Part shown: positions 28,401 to 40,400 of the stretch, piece by piece
How the letters are laid out: each line of letters begins with the position of its first letter
Numbering within the stretch: the stretch's first letter is position 1
Position numbers and translations under genes: made by a program
The notes under the pieces: generated by a model
The model's database searches: none
Seen by the model: only the letters and a program-made list of their open reading frames with translations
Told to the model about the DNA's origin: nothing
Source of the DNA: Zygnema circumcarinatum SAG 698-1b
Taxonomy: Eukaryota; Plantae; Zygnematophyceae
Length of the DNA: 64,000 nt
Direction: 5' to 3'
Assembly: GCA_037447605.1 (NCBI GenBank)
Contig: CM074821.1
Coordinates: forward strand, 1,922,001 to 1,986,000

Positions 28401-31400
28401 TCATTTCCACCTCCCTCACCAACCCCTCTAAATTTTCCACCGTCTCCAGATCCCCCGCCTTACAGTCTTCCACCGTCCACATCCCCACCTCCCTCTCCGC
28501 CGCCACTCCAACCTCCACCGTCTCCATCTCCTCCGCCCTCCCCACCCCCTTCCAAACCTCCAACGTCCCCATCCCCACCTCCCTCTCCTCCTCCTCGAAA
28601 TCCTCCACCGTCTCCATCTCCTCCGGCTTCCCCACCCCCTTCCAATCCTTCATCGTCCCCATCCCCACCTTCCACTCCGCCGCCACTCCAACTTCCACCG
28701 TCCTCATACCCTCCACCCTCTCCACCACCTTTCAAACCTCCACCGTCCCCATCCCCACCTCCCTATCCACCACCGGTGCCGCAAACTATCGACAGTGGAG
28801 ACAGTGAGGCTCCCCTTCCTGCCCGGCCGCCGTCTGCAGCGCTGCTGCCGGGCAGAGTCGGGCTACTCGCTCGTCGAGCCTTTTGCTTGCAGATTGTCGT
28901 AAAATATGAGAAGGAACAATCTGTTCTCTTCGAAGAAAGCCTTTAAGGAAGGGGAGAGGTAGAATTTATTTGTCTGTCAAACTGTTGGTTTTGAAGCTGA
29001 GCTCGGCATCAATCCTGCATCTGCTCGCGTTTGGGGCGCAGGGGATGCTCTTCTCGCTGTCAAAGCGGCATTCAATGACGTGTCACGTCTCACCTCCTGG
29101 ACGGCGAGTAACGGCGACTGCAGCACCTGGGCAGGGATCCAATGCCAAGGAGCGCCATATTTCGGCCGCGTTATTTTATTGTGAGATACGCTCTGACTGA
29201 TTACCGCTTGTTATCTTGTAGGGCTCCACGGAGTCCATAGCTTCTGAACTGCAGCCTGAGGCTGCGAGGAGGGTTCTGCGGGATGAATTCCTCTCAGAAG
29301 GAGGCCTAGAATCTTTCTCAGAAAGCGGTCTAAAAAGGGCCTCCTGGAGCAGATTAGCAGAGCAGGAGAATCGTCCTTCTCCTGCCCGGTCCTTTGTTTC
29401 CTGACGCTCTCATTGGTAACCTGCCATATGCAGAGATTTACAGGGTTATGTCGTTGGAGGGTCCATTTCACCTGCCATCGGTGACCTGACAAGGTTGTTT
29501 AATTTGTGAGTGGCTCCACTCCATAAGGATGTGTTACATGCGTGTTTGCGAGTTCACAGTAATGAGGAGGGGTCAGACATGGGTGACGTGCTCAATTAGT
29601 AAAAGCAATAAACCGTTGCAGCTTTCAGTGAATGTGGGCCTCCCAACCTATTCTCGTGTCAGTTTTTCTTGCTAAGAGTTGCACTTGAGTCCATTAAAGG
29701 GATTTATGTTGAATTCTATAAGCATCATAACGACTTTTTACACGTTTCAATGTTTTTCAATTTGGAATGAAAGTGATAGAATTTCTAGATAGAGAATTGA
29801 AAGTTCAAGTTATTCTCTTATTTGAAATGGAAGTGCAAAATATCAATGCAGCTTTCAAAGAAGTGAGTCTGCCAATGCAGTCTCGCGTCCTAGCTCAGCC
29901 GTACATGCACACGATTAATGTTTAAGATGTCACATCATGTGCACGCGGACGGACGTGTTAGAGTTGCTCGAATGTGTTCCTCGGCATTCACTTGAGCTTT
30001 CTTTCCAAATGATTGCGCTACTTGCTGCGAACCCCGGCCAAACTCGTGTAGCCAGGTTTTTTTTCGCAGATACTTGTCCAGAAATAACCTGTCGGGCCCT
30101 ATCCCGGATTCTATTGGAAACCTGACGAATCTTAACAATTTGTAAGTATTTTTTTCTCTTATTGAAGAATCTGTAGAAACCAACGCCATTTTAGTGAAAT
30201 GGGGCTGCAACTGCATGCCCGTGTCCTAGCACGGCTGCACATGCACTCGCTTAATAATTCAGGAAGTCACGTACTGAAGTTGCTCGACTTTGCTCCTCGG
30301 CATTCACTTGAGCATTCTTTCCATATGAGTTCCGCTACTTGCTGGAAACATCGGTCAAACTCGTGAATATTTTTTTTATTTTGCAGATACTTGGATTTCA
30401 ATTCCCTATCGGGTTCTCTCCCGTATTCTATCGGCAACCTTGCCAAACTGGTCAATGTGTAAGTATTTTTTTCGAATATCTAAAAAAGCCAGTGAAAAAA
30501 ACCAGTGCAACTTTTAGATAGGTGGGGCTGCAAATGCATGCTCGCGTCCTATCTCGGCTGCACACGCTTGAAGTCGAGGATGTCGTGTCACGCGTTTATG
30601 GACGGTTGCACTGCAATTGCTTGTTGTTGTCCTTCGGAATGCACTTGAGCATTCTCCCCACATGAATTTCGCTTTTGGTTGCAAGCATCTGCCAAGCTCG
30701 TGAAGCCTCGTTTTTCTTGCAGATTCTTGAATTCTAATTCCCTGTCGGGCCCTATCCCGGATTCTTTCGGCAACTTTACGAGTCTGCAAATCTTGTAAGG
30801 ACTTTTTTCTCTTACTTAAACATGAAAGTGTAAAAAGTCAATGCAGCTTTTCGAGAAGTGCGCCTGAAATGCATTCTTGCGTCTTTGCACGGCTGCACAT
30901 GCACACGCTTAAAGTCTAGGACTTCACGACATGTGTACGCGGACGGACGTGATCGAGTCGCTCGATTTTGTTATTCGGCATGCACTGGAGCATCCTTCCC
31001 GCATGAGTTTCGCTTTTGCTGCAAACGTCGGGCAAACTCGTGAAGCCTCGTTTTTTTTTGCAGATACATGTATTCTAATTCTCTATCGGGCTCTCTTCCG
31101 AATTCGATTGGAAACCTTAAGAATTTGAGAATCATGTGAGTATGTTTTTCTCTTATTTGAAAAACAAAGCTTACAAAGGCCACACTATCCTTTCGAAAAG
31201 TGGAGCTGCAAATGCATTCTCGCGTCCGTGCGCGGCTGCACCTGCACACGCTCAGAATGTCACGTCCCCTGTACGCAGACGGACGCGTTAGAGTTGCTCG
31301 ACCTCGTTCCTCGGCGTGCACTTGAGCATTCTCCCCACATGAGTTTCGCTTTTTGCTGCAAACATCGGCCAAACTCTTGAAGCCTCGTTTTTTTCTGCAG

Positions 31401-34400
31401 GTACTTGCATTCTAATTCCCTGTCGGGCTCTCTGCCGGATTCTATCGGCAAGCTTACAAATCTTCAACAATTGTAAGTTATAGATTTCTCTTATTTGAAA
31501 AAAGAAAGTGTAAGAAATTAATGCACTTCATAGAGATGTGGGGCAGCGAAGGCATGCTCGTGTCCCTGTTCGGCTGCACATGCACGCGCTGTATGGTTCA
31601 GGATGTCACGTCACGTGTACGCGGACAGGCGGGTTAGATATGCTCGAATTTGTTCTTTGGCATGCACTTGAGCATACTCCCCACATAAGGTTTTTTGTTG
31701 TGGAAATCGGCCAAACTCTTGAAAAGTCATTGTTTTTGCAGGTGGTTGAATAATAACTTCCTATCAGGCTCCATCCCCGATTCTATCGGCAACCTAACGA
31801 CTGTGGAATACTTGTAAGTCTTTCCTTCTCTTGTGTGGAAATGGATATGTAAAGAGCCAATGCAATTTTTAGACAAGTGGGGTCGCAAATGCATGCATGC
31901 TCGCGTCGTAGCTCGGCTGCACATGCACACGCTTAAAGTTCAGAATGTCACGACACGTGTACGCGGACGGATGTGTTACTGTTGCTCGAACTTGTTCTTC
32001 GGCATGAACTTGAGCATTTTCCCCACATGAGTTTCCATTTCTGTTGCAAACATCAGTCCTCGGTCGTTGTTTTTGCAGATACTTGCAGTACAACTCCCTA
32101 TCGGGCTCTATCCCGGATTCTATTGGCAACCTTAAGGGTGTGAGATTCTTGTAAGTTTTTTTTTCCTCTTTTTTGATAAAGAAATTTAAATAAACCAATG
32201 CAAGTTGTAGAAGAGTGCGGCTGCAAATGCGTGCTCGCGTCCTTGGTCACCTGCGCATGTACGCGCTCAAAGGTCAGAATGTCAAATCTCATGTACGCGG
32301 ACGGACGTGTTAGAGTTGCCGACTTTGTTCCTTGGCATTCACTTGCGCATTATTTTCGAGTGAGTTCCGCTACCTGCTGCAAACATCGGCCAAACTCGTG
32401 AAGCCTCGTTTCTTTTGCAGACCCCTGTCATCCAATTCCCTATCGGGCTCTATCCCGGATTCTATCGGCAACCTTACAACTCTGATATATCTGTGAGTAT
32501 CTTTTGCCGTTCTTTAAAAATGGAAGAGAAAACAACCCATGCATGATTTAGAGAAACGGGGCTGCATATGCATGCTCGCATCCTAGCTCGGCTGTTTATG
32601 CACACGCTTAAATTTCAAGAAAGTTTGTGAAAACTGCGCCTTAGAATTCTTATAGATAAAAACTTATCTTTTTGATGCATGCGCACAACAATTGTTTGGA
32701 GATCCACGGATTCAAATTGTAAATTCTTGTTTTCCACTTATACGCAAACAAAGGGAAGATGGACGTGCATGTCTGGTTTATTTCGTGCTTTTTTTCGTAC
32801 CAGAACCAGCCTTATCCTTTTCTTTAAACTTTTCGCCTTGTGTCTGCAGGTCTTTGGATAACAACAAACTGGAGGGGAGAGTGCCCGGCTCCTTCAGTAA
32901 ACTAACCTCTCTGTCGACATTGTGAGAACTGCTGCATCGATAACGCTGTTGTCGTGATTTGAGTTTTTCGTTTTGTTTCTGAGCATTTGTAACTCTCAAT
33001 CTGTCAAATTTAATTTTGCAATTGCTTAAAGATTGAGTTGAAATAATTATTTGTCACTTAGTTTGAGCGTGGGCGCTAGTAAAGCACAACAACACGAAGT
33101 TTTGCACGGTTTAATCTGTAGAGTCTACGGTGTAGGGTTTACGATTGTAGTTCTTAACTTTCGAAGGGTTTAGGGGCTAATGACGGTGAGGATACAGAAA
33201 TTGTGGGGGTTTAGGTTGATCAGAGTCTACAGGATTGAATGTCAAAAGGATTAGGGTTCGTTGAGCTCAGAGATTTAGGGGTTTCGGGGTTTAGGGTTCG
33301 CTGAGCTGAAAGTGGTAGGGTTGAATATGGAGAATAAGGAAAATGTGCAAAATAGAATGGTTTTAATAGATGTAACCACACGGAAGTCTTAAACAGCTTT
33401 AGTTCGAAAGCTCCGATCTCTCTAACGTGCCATCCTCTCAATGCCATCAGGTTTTTGAACAACAACAAGTTGACAGGCTCCATTTATCTTGGGGCGAGTT
33501 CTAATGACCTCTATTTTGACTACAACTACTTCTCTGGGCCATTCTACGCAAGGGGGGTTCCCCTTTGCCCTAGCCATTATGCATCAAACTGCATTTTTCG
33601 AAGTGACACATTCTGCCCAGGCCTATATCAGAAATCGCTGCAAGAGTGTGCGTCCTTTTGCAGCAGCGACATTTCCGATGGAGCATGCGGGGGGCATGGC
33701 ACATGCGGATACGAGTCAAAAACGTGCACGTGTGACGCAGGATATACGCTGTCATCTGGCACATGTATTCTGCCCGGTCCACCACCAAGCCCTCCCCGTC
33801 CGCCTCCACCCCCTCCTCCGACTCCACCTCCCTCCCCCTCCGACTCCACCACCAAGCCCTCCCCCTCCGACTCCACCACCGGTGCCGCAAACTATCGACA
33901 GTGGAGACAGTGAGGCTCCCCTTCCCGCCCGCCTGCCGTCTGCAACGCTGCTGCCGGGCAGAGTCGGGCGACTCGCTCGTCGAGCCATTTGCTTGCAGAT
34001 TGTCGTAAAATATGAAATGGAACAATCTGTTATCTTTGAAGAAAGCCTTTAAGGAAGGGGAGAGGTAGAAATTACTCTTCTTTCCCCTTGTTAGTTTTGA
34101 AGCTGAGCTCAGCATCAATCCTGCATCTGCTCGGGTTTCGGGCGCAGGGGATGCTCTTCTCGCTGTCAAAGCGCAGTTCTCTAACGTTTCACGTCTCACC
34201 TCCTGGACGTCGAGTAACAGCAACTGCAGCACCTGGGAAGGGATCTCATGCGACGCAAGCGGCCGCGTTATTTACATGTGAGCTACTCCCAGACTGAACA
34301 CCGCTTGTTATTTTGGAGGGCTCCACGGAGTCCATAGCTGCTGAATTGCTGCCCGAGGCTGCGAGGAAGATTCTGCGGGGAAAAGCCTTCTCAAAAAGCT

Positions 34401-37400
34401 GCCTAAAACGGGCCGCCCGAAGCAGAGGAGCAGAGCAGACGAAGCTTTATTCTCCGGCCCGATCCCTTTTTGTCTGACAGTCTCACTGGTTACCTGCCAT
34501 TTGCAGAGCTTTACAAGGCTACGGACTTCGAGGGTCCATTTCACCTGCCATCGGTAACCTGAAAAAGTTGGCAATTTTGTGAGTGGCTCCATTCCATAAG
34601 GATGTGTTAGATGCGTGTTTGCGAGTTCACAGTATTGGGGAGGGCTCAGATCCGGGTGACGTGCATTCTTTCCAGATGAGTTCCGCTACTTGCTGCAAAC
34701 ATCGGCCAAGCTCGTGAAGAGTTGTTTTTTTTTTTTGCAGACTCTTGTCGTCTAATTCTCTTTCGGGCTCTATCCCGGAATCTATCGGCAACCTTAAACT
34801 TTTGGTATATTTGTAAGTAATCTTTTGTCTTATTTATTAGACTGAAAATGCAGATGACCAATGCAACCTTTAGGGACGTCGGGCTCTCGCGTCCTAGCTC
34901 GGCTGCGCATGCACACGCTTTCAAGTTCAGGATGTCACGTCCCGTGTACGCGGACGGGCGTGTTAGAGTTGCTCGAATTTGTACTTCGACATGCACTTGA
35001 GCACTCTCCCCACATGAGGTTCTCTTTTTGGTGCAACCTTCGGCCTATCTCATGAAGTGTCGGTTTTTTTGCAGATTCCTGGATTCTAATTCCCTATCGG
35101 GCTCTATCCCGAATTCCATTGGCAACCTCACGAATCTGCAAAAAATGTAATTATTTCTTTTTTGTTATTTGGCAAATAAAGCGTAAATAACCAACGCAAC
35201 ACTTCAAAAAGTGGGGCTACCAATGCATGCTCGCGTCCTAGCTCTGCTGCACACGCACATGCTTCAAGTTTTTGGCATTCACATCACGTGCACGCGAACG
35301 GACGTATTGCAGTTGTTGGATTTTGTTCCTCGGTTTTCACTTGGGCATTCTTTCCACATGACTTGCGACACTTGGTGCAAACATCGGCCAAACTCGTGAA
35401 TCCTCGGTTTTTTTGCAGATACGTGTCTTCTAATACGTTATCGGGCACTATTCCGTATTCTATCGGAAACCTTGAGAATCTGGGATACCTGTAAGTATTG
35501 TCATTCTCTTATTTGAAAATTACGGTGACGATTACCCAATGCAACCTTTCGAGAAGTGGGGCTGCAAATGCAGCTCGCGTCCCAGCGCGCTGCACATTCA
35601 TGTGCTTGAAGTTCAGGATGTTACATCCAGTGTATGCGGACGGGTGTTGCTCGAATTTGTTCTGCGGCTTTCACTTGAGCCTCCGGCTTTTCGTTTTTTG
35701 TTATGAATATCGGCCAAACTCATGAAGCGTCGTTTTTTTGCAGATTCTTGGATTCTAATTCCCTATCGGGCTCTATCCCGAATTCTATCGGCAACCTTAC
35801 GAATTTGGGTTTCTTGTAAGTATTATCTTATATTACTTGAAAAAAAAAGTGTAGAACATCACTGCCACTTCCAGAGAAGTGGGGCTGCTATTGTATGGTG
35901 GCGTCGTAGCTCGGCTGCACATGCACACGCTTAAAGTTCAGGATGTCACGTCACGTTTATGCAGACGGACGTGTTAGAGCTGCTCAAACTTGTTCGTCGG
36001 CGCTTCTCGAACTCGAGCATTCTCCCCACATGGCTTTCCCTTTCTGTTGGCAAACATCGGCCAAACTCGGGAGGCCTGTTTTTTTTGCAGATATCTGTAT
36101 TCAAATTCTCTATCGGGCTCTATCCCGGATTCTATCGGCAATCTCAGGAATCTTCAACACTTGTAAAATTCATTTCTCTATTTGAAAAAGGATGTGTGAA
36201 AAACCAACGTAATCTTTAGAGAAGCGAGGCTGCGAATGTATGCTCGCTTGGCTGCACATGCTCTCCCTTACAGTTCAGAATGTCACGTCACTTGTAGGCA
36301 GTCGGACATGTTCGCTCGAATTTGTTCCTCGGCATTCACTTTAGCCATCTCCCCACATGAATTTCGTTTTTGTGGCAAACATCGGCCAAACCCGTGAAGC
36401 CTCGTTGTTCCTTTGCAGACGCTTGTATTCTAATTCCCTATCGGGATCTATCCCGGATTCTATCGGCAACCTTACGAATCTGCAATACATGTAAGGTTTT
36501 TCTTTTCCTTAGTTGATAAAGTACGTGTAAAAAGTTAATTCATCTTTCATAAAAGTGGGGCTGCAATTGAATGCTCGCGTCCTTGCTCGGCTGCACATGC
36601 ACACTCTGAAAGTTCAGAATGTCACGTCACGTGTGCGCGCATAGACGTGTTAATGGAGTCGTTCAATTTTGTTATTCCACACGCACTTGATCATTTTCCC
36701 CACATGAGTTTCGCTATTTGATGGCAAACATCGTCCAAACTCAGGAAGCCTGTTTTTTTGGCAGACATTTGTATTCTAATTCTCTATCGGGCACTATCCC
36801 CGATTCTATCGGCAACCTCAGGAATCTGCGAGACTTGTAAGTATTCTTTTTTCTTATTTGAAAAAAAATCTGTGAAAAACAAACGCAATCCGTGGAGAAG
36901 TGCGCCTGCCCATGTATGCTCGTGTCCTAGTTTGGCTGCACGTGCACTCTCTTACAGTTCAGAATGTCACGTCACGCGTAAGCGGACGGACGTGTTCGCC
37001 CGACTTTATTCTTCGGCATGCACTTGAGCATTCTCCCCAGATCTGTCTCGTTTTGTGTTGCAAACATCAGTCAACCTTGTGAAACCTCGTTTTTAATCGC
37101 AGATGGTTGTCTTCGAATTTCCTATCGGGCTCAATCCCGGATTCTATAGGCGACCTTTCGAATCTGGAAAACTTGTAAGTTTGTTTTGCTCTTATTTGAA
37201 AAAGAAAGTGTAACAAACCAATGCAAGCTTTCATGGAATTGGGGCTGCAAATGCGTGCTCGCGCCCTAACTCGGCTGCATGTGCACACCCTTTAAGTTCA
37301 ATATGTCACATCACGTGTATGCGGACAGACGAACTGCAGTTGCTCGACTTTGTTCCTCGGCATTCTTTCACAGCATTTTCTCCAAATGAGTTCCACTACT

Positions 37401-40400
37401 TGCTGCAAAAACACCCGCTCAACTCATGAATCCTCGTTTTTCTGCAGATACCTGTTCGATAATTCCCTTTCGGGCTCTATCCCGGAGTCTATCGGCAACC
37501 TTACGAATTTGAAAAAAATGTAGTTATTTTTTCCCCTTTGTTGAAAAGGAAGTGTACAAAACCAGTGCAACTTTCAGATCAGTGCGGCGCAAATGGACGA
37601 TCGCGTCCTCGCTCGGCTGCCCATGCACACGCTTAAAGTTCAAGAGAGTTTGTGAAAACTGCGTTTTAGAATTCGTAGAAAGACAGACAGTTATCATTTT
37701 GATGCATGTGCTGAACAACGGTTTGGAGGTCCACGGATTTAAATAATGAGTTCTTGGCTCTTTTTATTGCACTGATTACCGAGCATGGAGTTGCATGTCT
37801 GGTCAGAAACCAGCCTCGTCCTTTTCGCTTAACTTTTGTCGTCGTGTGTTTGCAGGTTTTTGAATGACAACAAACTGGTGGGGAGAGTGCCCGCCTCCAT
37901 CAGTACACTTACTCTGTTGTATGCATTGTGAGGACCGCTCCATCTATATAGTTGTTGTCGTAGTCTGAAATTTTGTTCTGTTGCTGAGCATTTGAGCTCC
38001 GCTCTCTCTAACGTGCCGCCCTTAATGTCATCAGGTATTTAAACAACAACACGTTGACGGGCTCCATATCTCTTCCGAAAAGTTCTACTGATGTGTTGAT
38101 CCAAGACAACTACTTCTCCGGGCCATTCCTCCTAAATGGGCTACCCTTTTGTCCCAGAAAATTAAGCAACAACTGCATTTTCCATAATGATACATGTGGC
38201 GCAGCTCAGCAGAGATCTCTGCAAGCATGTGCGTCCTTTTGCCGCAGCGATGTTTCCGACGGAGCATGTGCGGGGCATGGCACATGCGGGTACGACACAC
38301 GCACGTGCACATGTGACGCAGGATATACACTGTCATCTAGCACATGTATTCTGCCCGGTAAGTTACAACTTGCTACTTTCAAATTCTCTTCGGAAGGCAA
38401 AGAAAAAGGTGGTATAGGTAGTGGAAATTATCGCATTCCTAACAGCATTTACACTGTCATTAACCATTCCTGTAAGGGCGCACTGAAGGCGATCCATGTG
38501 ATGCGGGCAATAGGAGTTCAATTCTCGAACTTCTAGAAGCATATCGCAAGAAATGACTTGATAAATTCACACAATCATTCAGAACATGGTGCAGAGTTTG
38601 ATTAGGATGTATCAAAAGTGCCGCTCGGATAACATGTTTTTGCCTTCGATGAACTTCTCGATTCATCCTAATCACGTGCAAGGCACAGCATATCTTGGTT
38701 CCATTTGCAAACGATAGATAAATTGCGAGTTTAACCTCGCTGCTTTAACAAAAAAAGAAATAGTGTGGCCCGAGAAATGACATAGGAATCAGAATTCGGC
38801 ATTTTTTCACGTTGTGGGTTGATTGCTTAAACTCTCGCAGAGATATCTCCACCTCCGAGAGCGCCACCACCTGGACCTCCTCCCATACCGCCACCGACTC
38901 CACCACCAAGGCCTCCCCCTCTGACTCCACCGCCAAGGCCTCCCCCTCTGACTCCACCGCCAAGGCCTCCCCCTCTGACTCCACCGCCAAGGCCTCCCCC
39001 TCTGACTCCACCACCAAGCCCCCCCCCTCCGACTCCACCTCCCAGCCCCCCTCCTCCAACTCCACCTCCCAGCCCCCCTCCTCCGACTCCACCTCCCAGC
39101 CCCCCTCCTCCAACTCCACCTCCCAGCCCCCGTCCTCCGACTCCACCACCCAGCCCCCCTCCTCCGACTCCACCACCCAGCCCCCCTCCTCCGACTCCAC
39201 CTCCCAGCCCCCCTCCTCCGAGTCCACCTCCCAGCCCCCCTCCTCCAACTCCACTTCCCAGCCCCCCTCCTCCGACTCCACCTCCCAGCCCCCCCCCTCC
39301 GACTCCAGCCCCCCTCCTCCAACTCCACCTCCCAGCCCCCCTCCTCCGACTCCACCACCAAGCCCTCCCCCTCCGACTCCACCACCAGGACCTCCCCCTC
39401 CGACTCCACCACCAAGACCTCCCCCTCCGACTCCACCACCAAGACCTCCCCCTCCGACTCCACCGCCAAGACCTCCCCCTCCGACTCCACCACCAAGACC
39501 TCCCCCTCCGACTCCACCTCCCAGCCCCCCCCCTCCAACTCCACCTCCCAGCCCTCCTCCTCCAACTCCACCTCCCAGCCCCCCTCCTCCGAGTCCACCT
39601 CCCAGCCCCCCTCCTCCGACTCCACCTCCCAGCCCCCCTCCTCCGACTCCACCACCAAGCCCTCCCCCTCCGACTCCACCTCCCAGCCCCCCTCCTCCAA
39701 CTCCACCTCCCAGCCCCCCTCCTCCGACTCCACCTCCCAGCCCCCCCCCCCCACCTCCAGCCCCCCTCCTCCAACTCCACCTCCCAGCCCTCCTCCGACT
39801 CCACCACCCAGCCCCCCTCCTCCGACTCCACCTCCCAGCCCCCCCCCTCCGACTCCACCACCAAGCCTCCCCCTCTGACTCCACCGCCAAGGCCTCCCCC
39901 TCTGACTCCACCGCCAAGGCCTCCCCCTCTGACTCCACCGCCAAGGCCTCCCCCTCTGACTCCACCGCCAAGGCCTCCCCCTCTGACTCCACCGCAAGGC
40001 CTCCCCCTCTGACTCCACCACCAAGGCCTCCCCCTCTGACTCCACCGCCAAGGCCTCCCCCTCTGACTCCACCGCCAAGGCCTCCCCCTCTGACTCCACC
40101 GCCAAGGCCTCCCCCTCTGACTCCACCACCAAGGCCTCCCCTCTGACTCCACGCCAAGGCCTCCCCCCTCTGGCTCCACCACCAAGGCCTCCCCCTCTGA
40201 CTCCCCTCTGACTCCCGCCAAGGCCTCCCCCTCTGACTCCACCACCAAGGCCTCCCCCTCTGACTCCACCACCAAGGCCTCCCCCTCTGACTCCACCGCC
40301 AAGGCCTCCCCCTCTGACTCCACCGCCAAGGCCTCCCCCTCTGACTCCACCGCCAAGGCCTCCCCCTCTGACTCCACCGCCAAGGCCTCCCCCTCTGACT

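Noticed and set aside
22036-37855. CRISPR-like repeat-spacer interpretation of the ~330-bp periodic array
   Set aside because: The repeats are GT..AG introns and the spacers are homologous coding exons. There are no cas genes and the context is eukaryotic.
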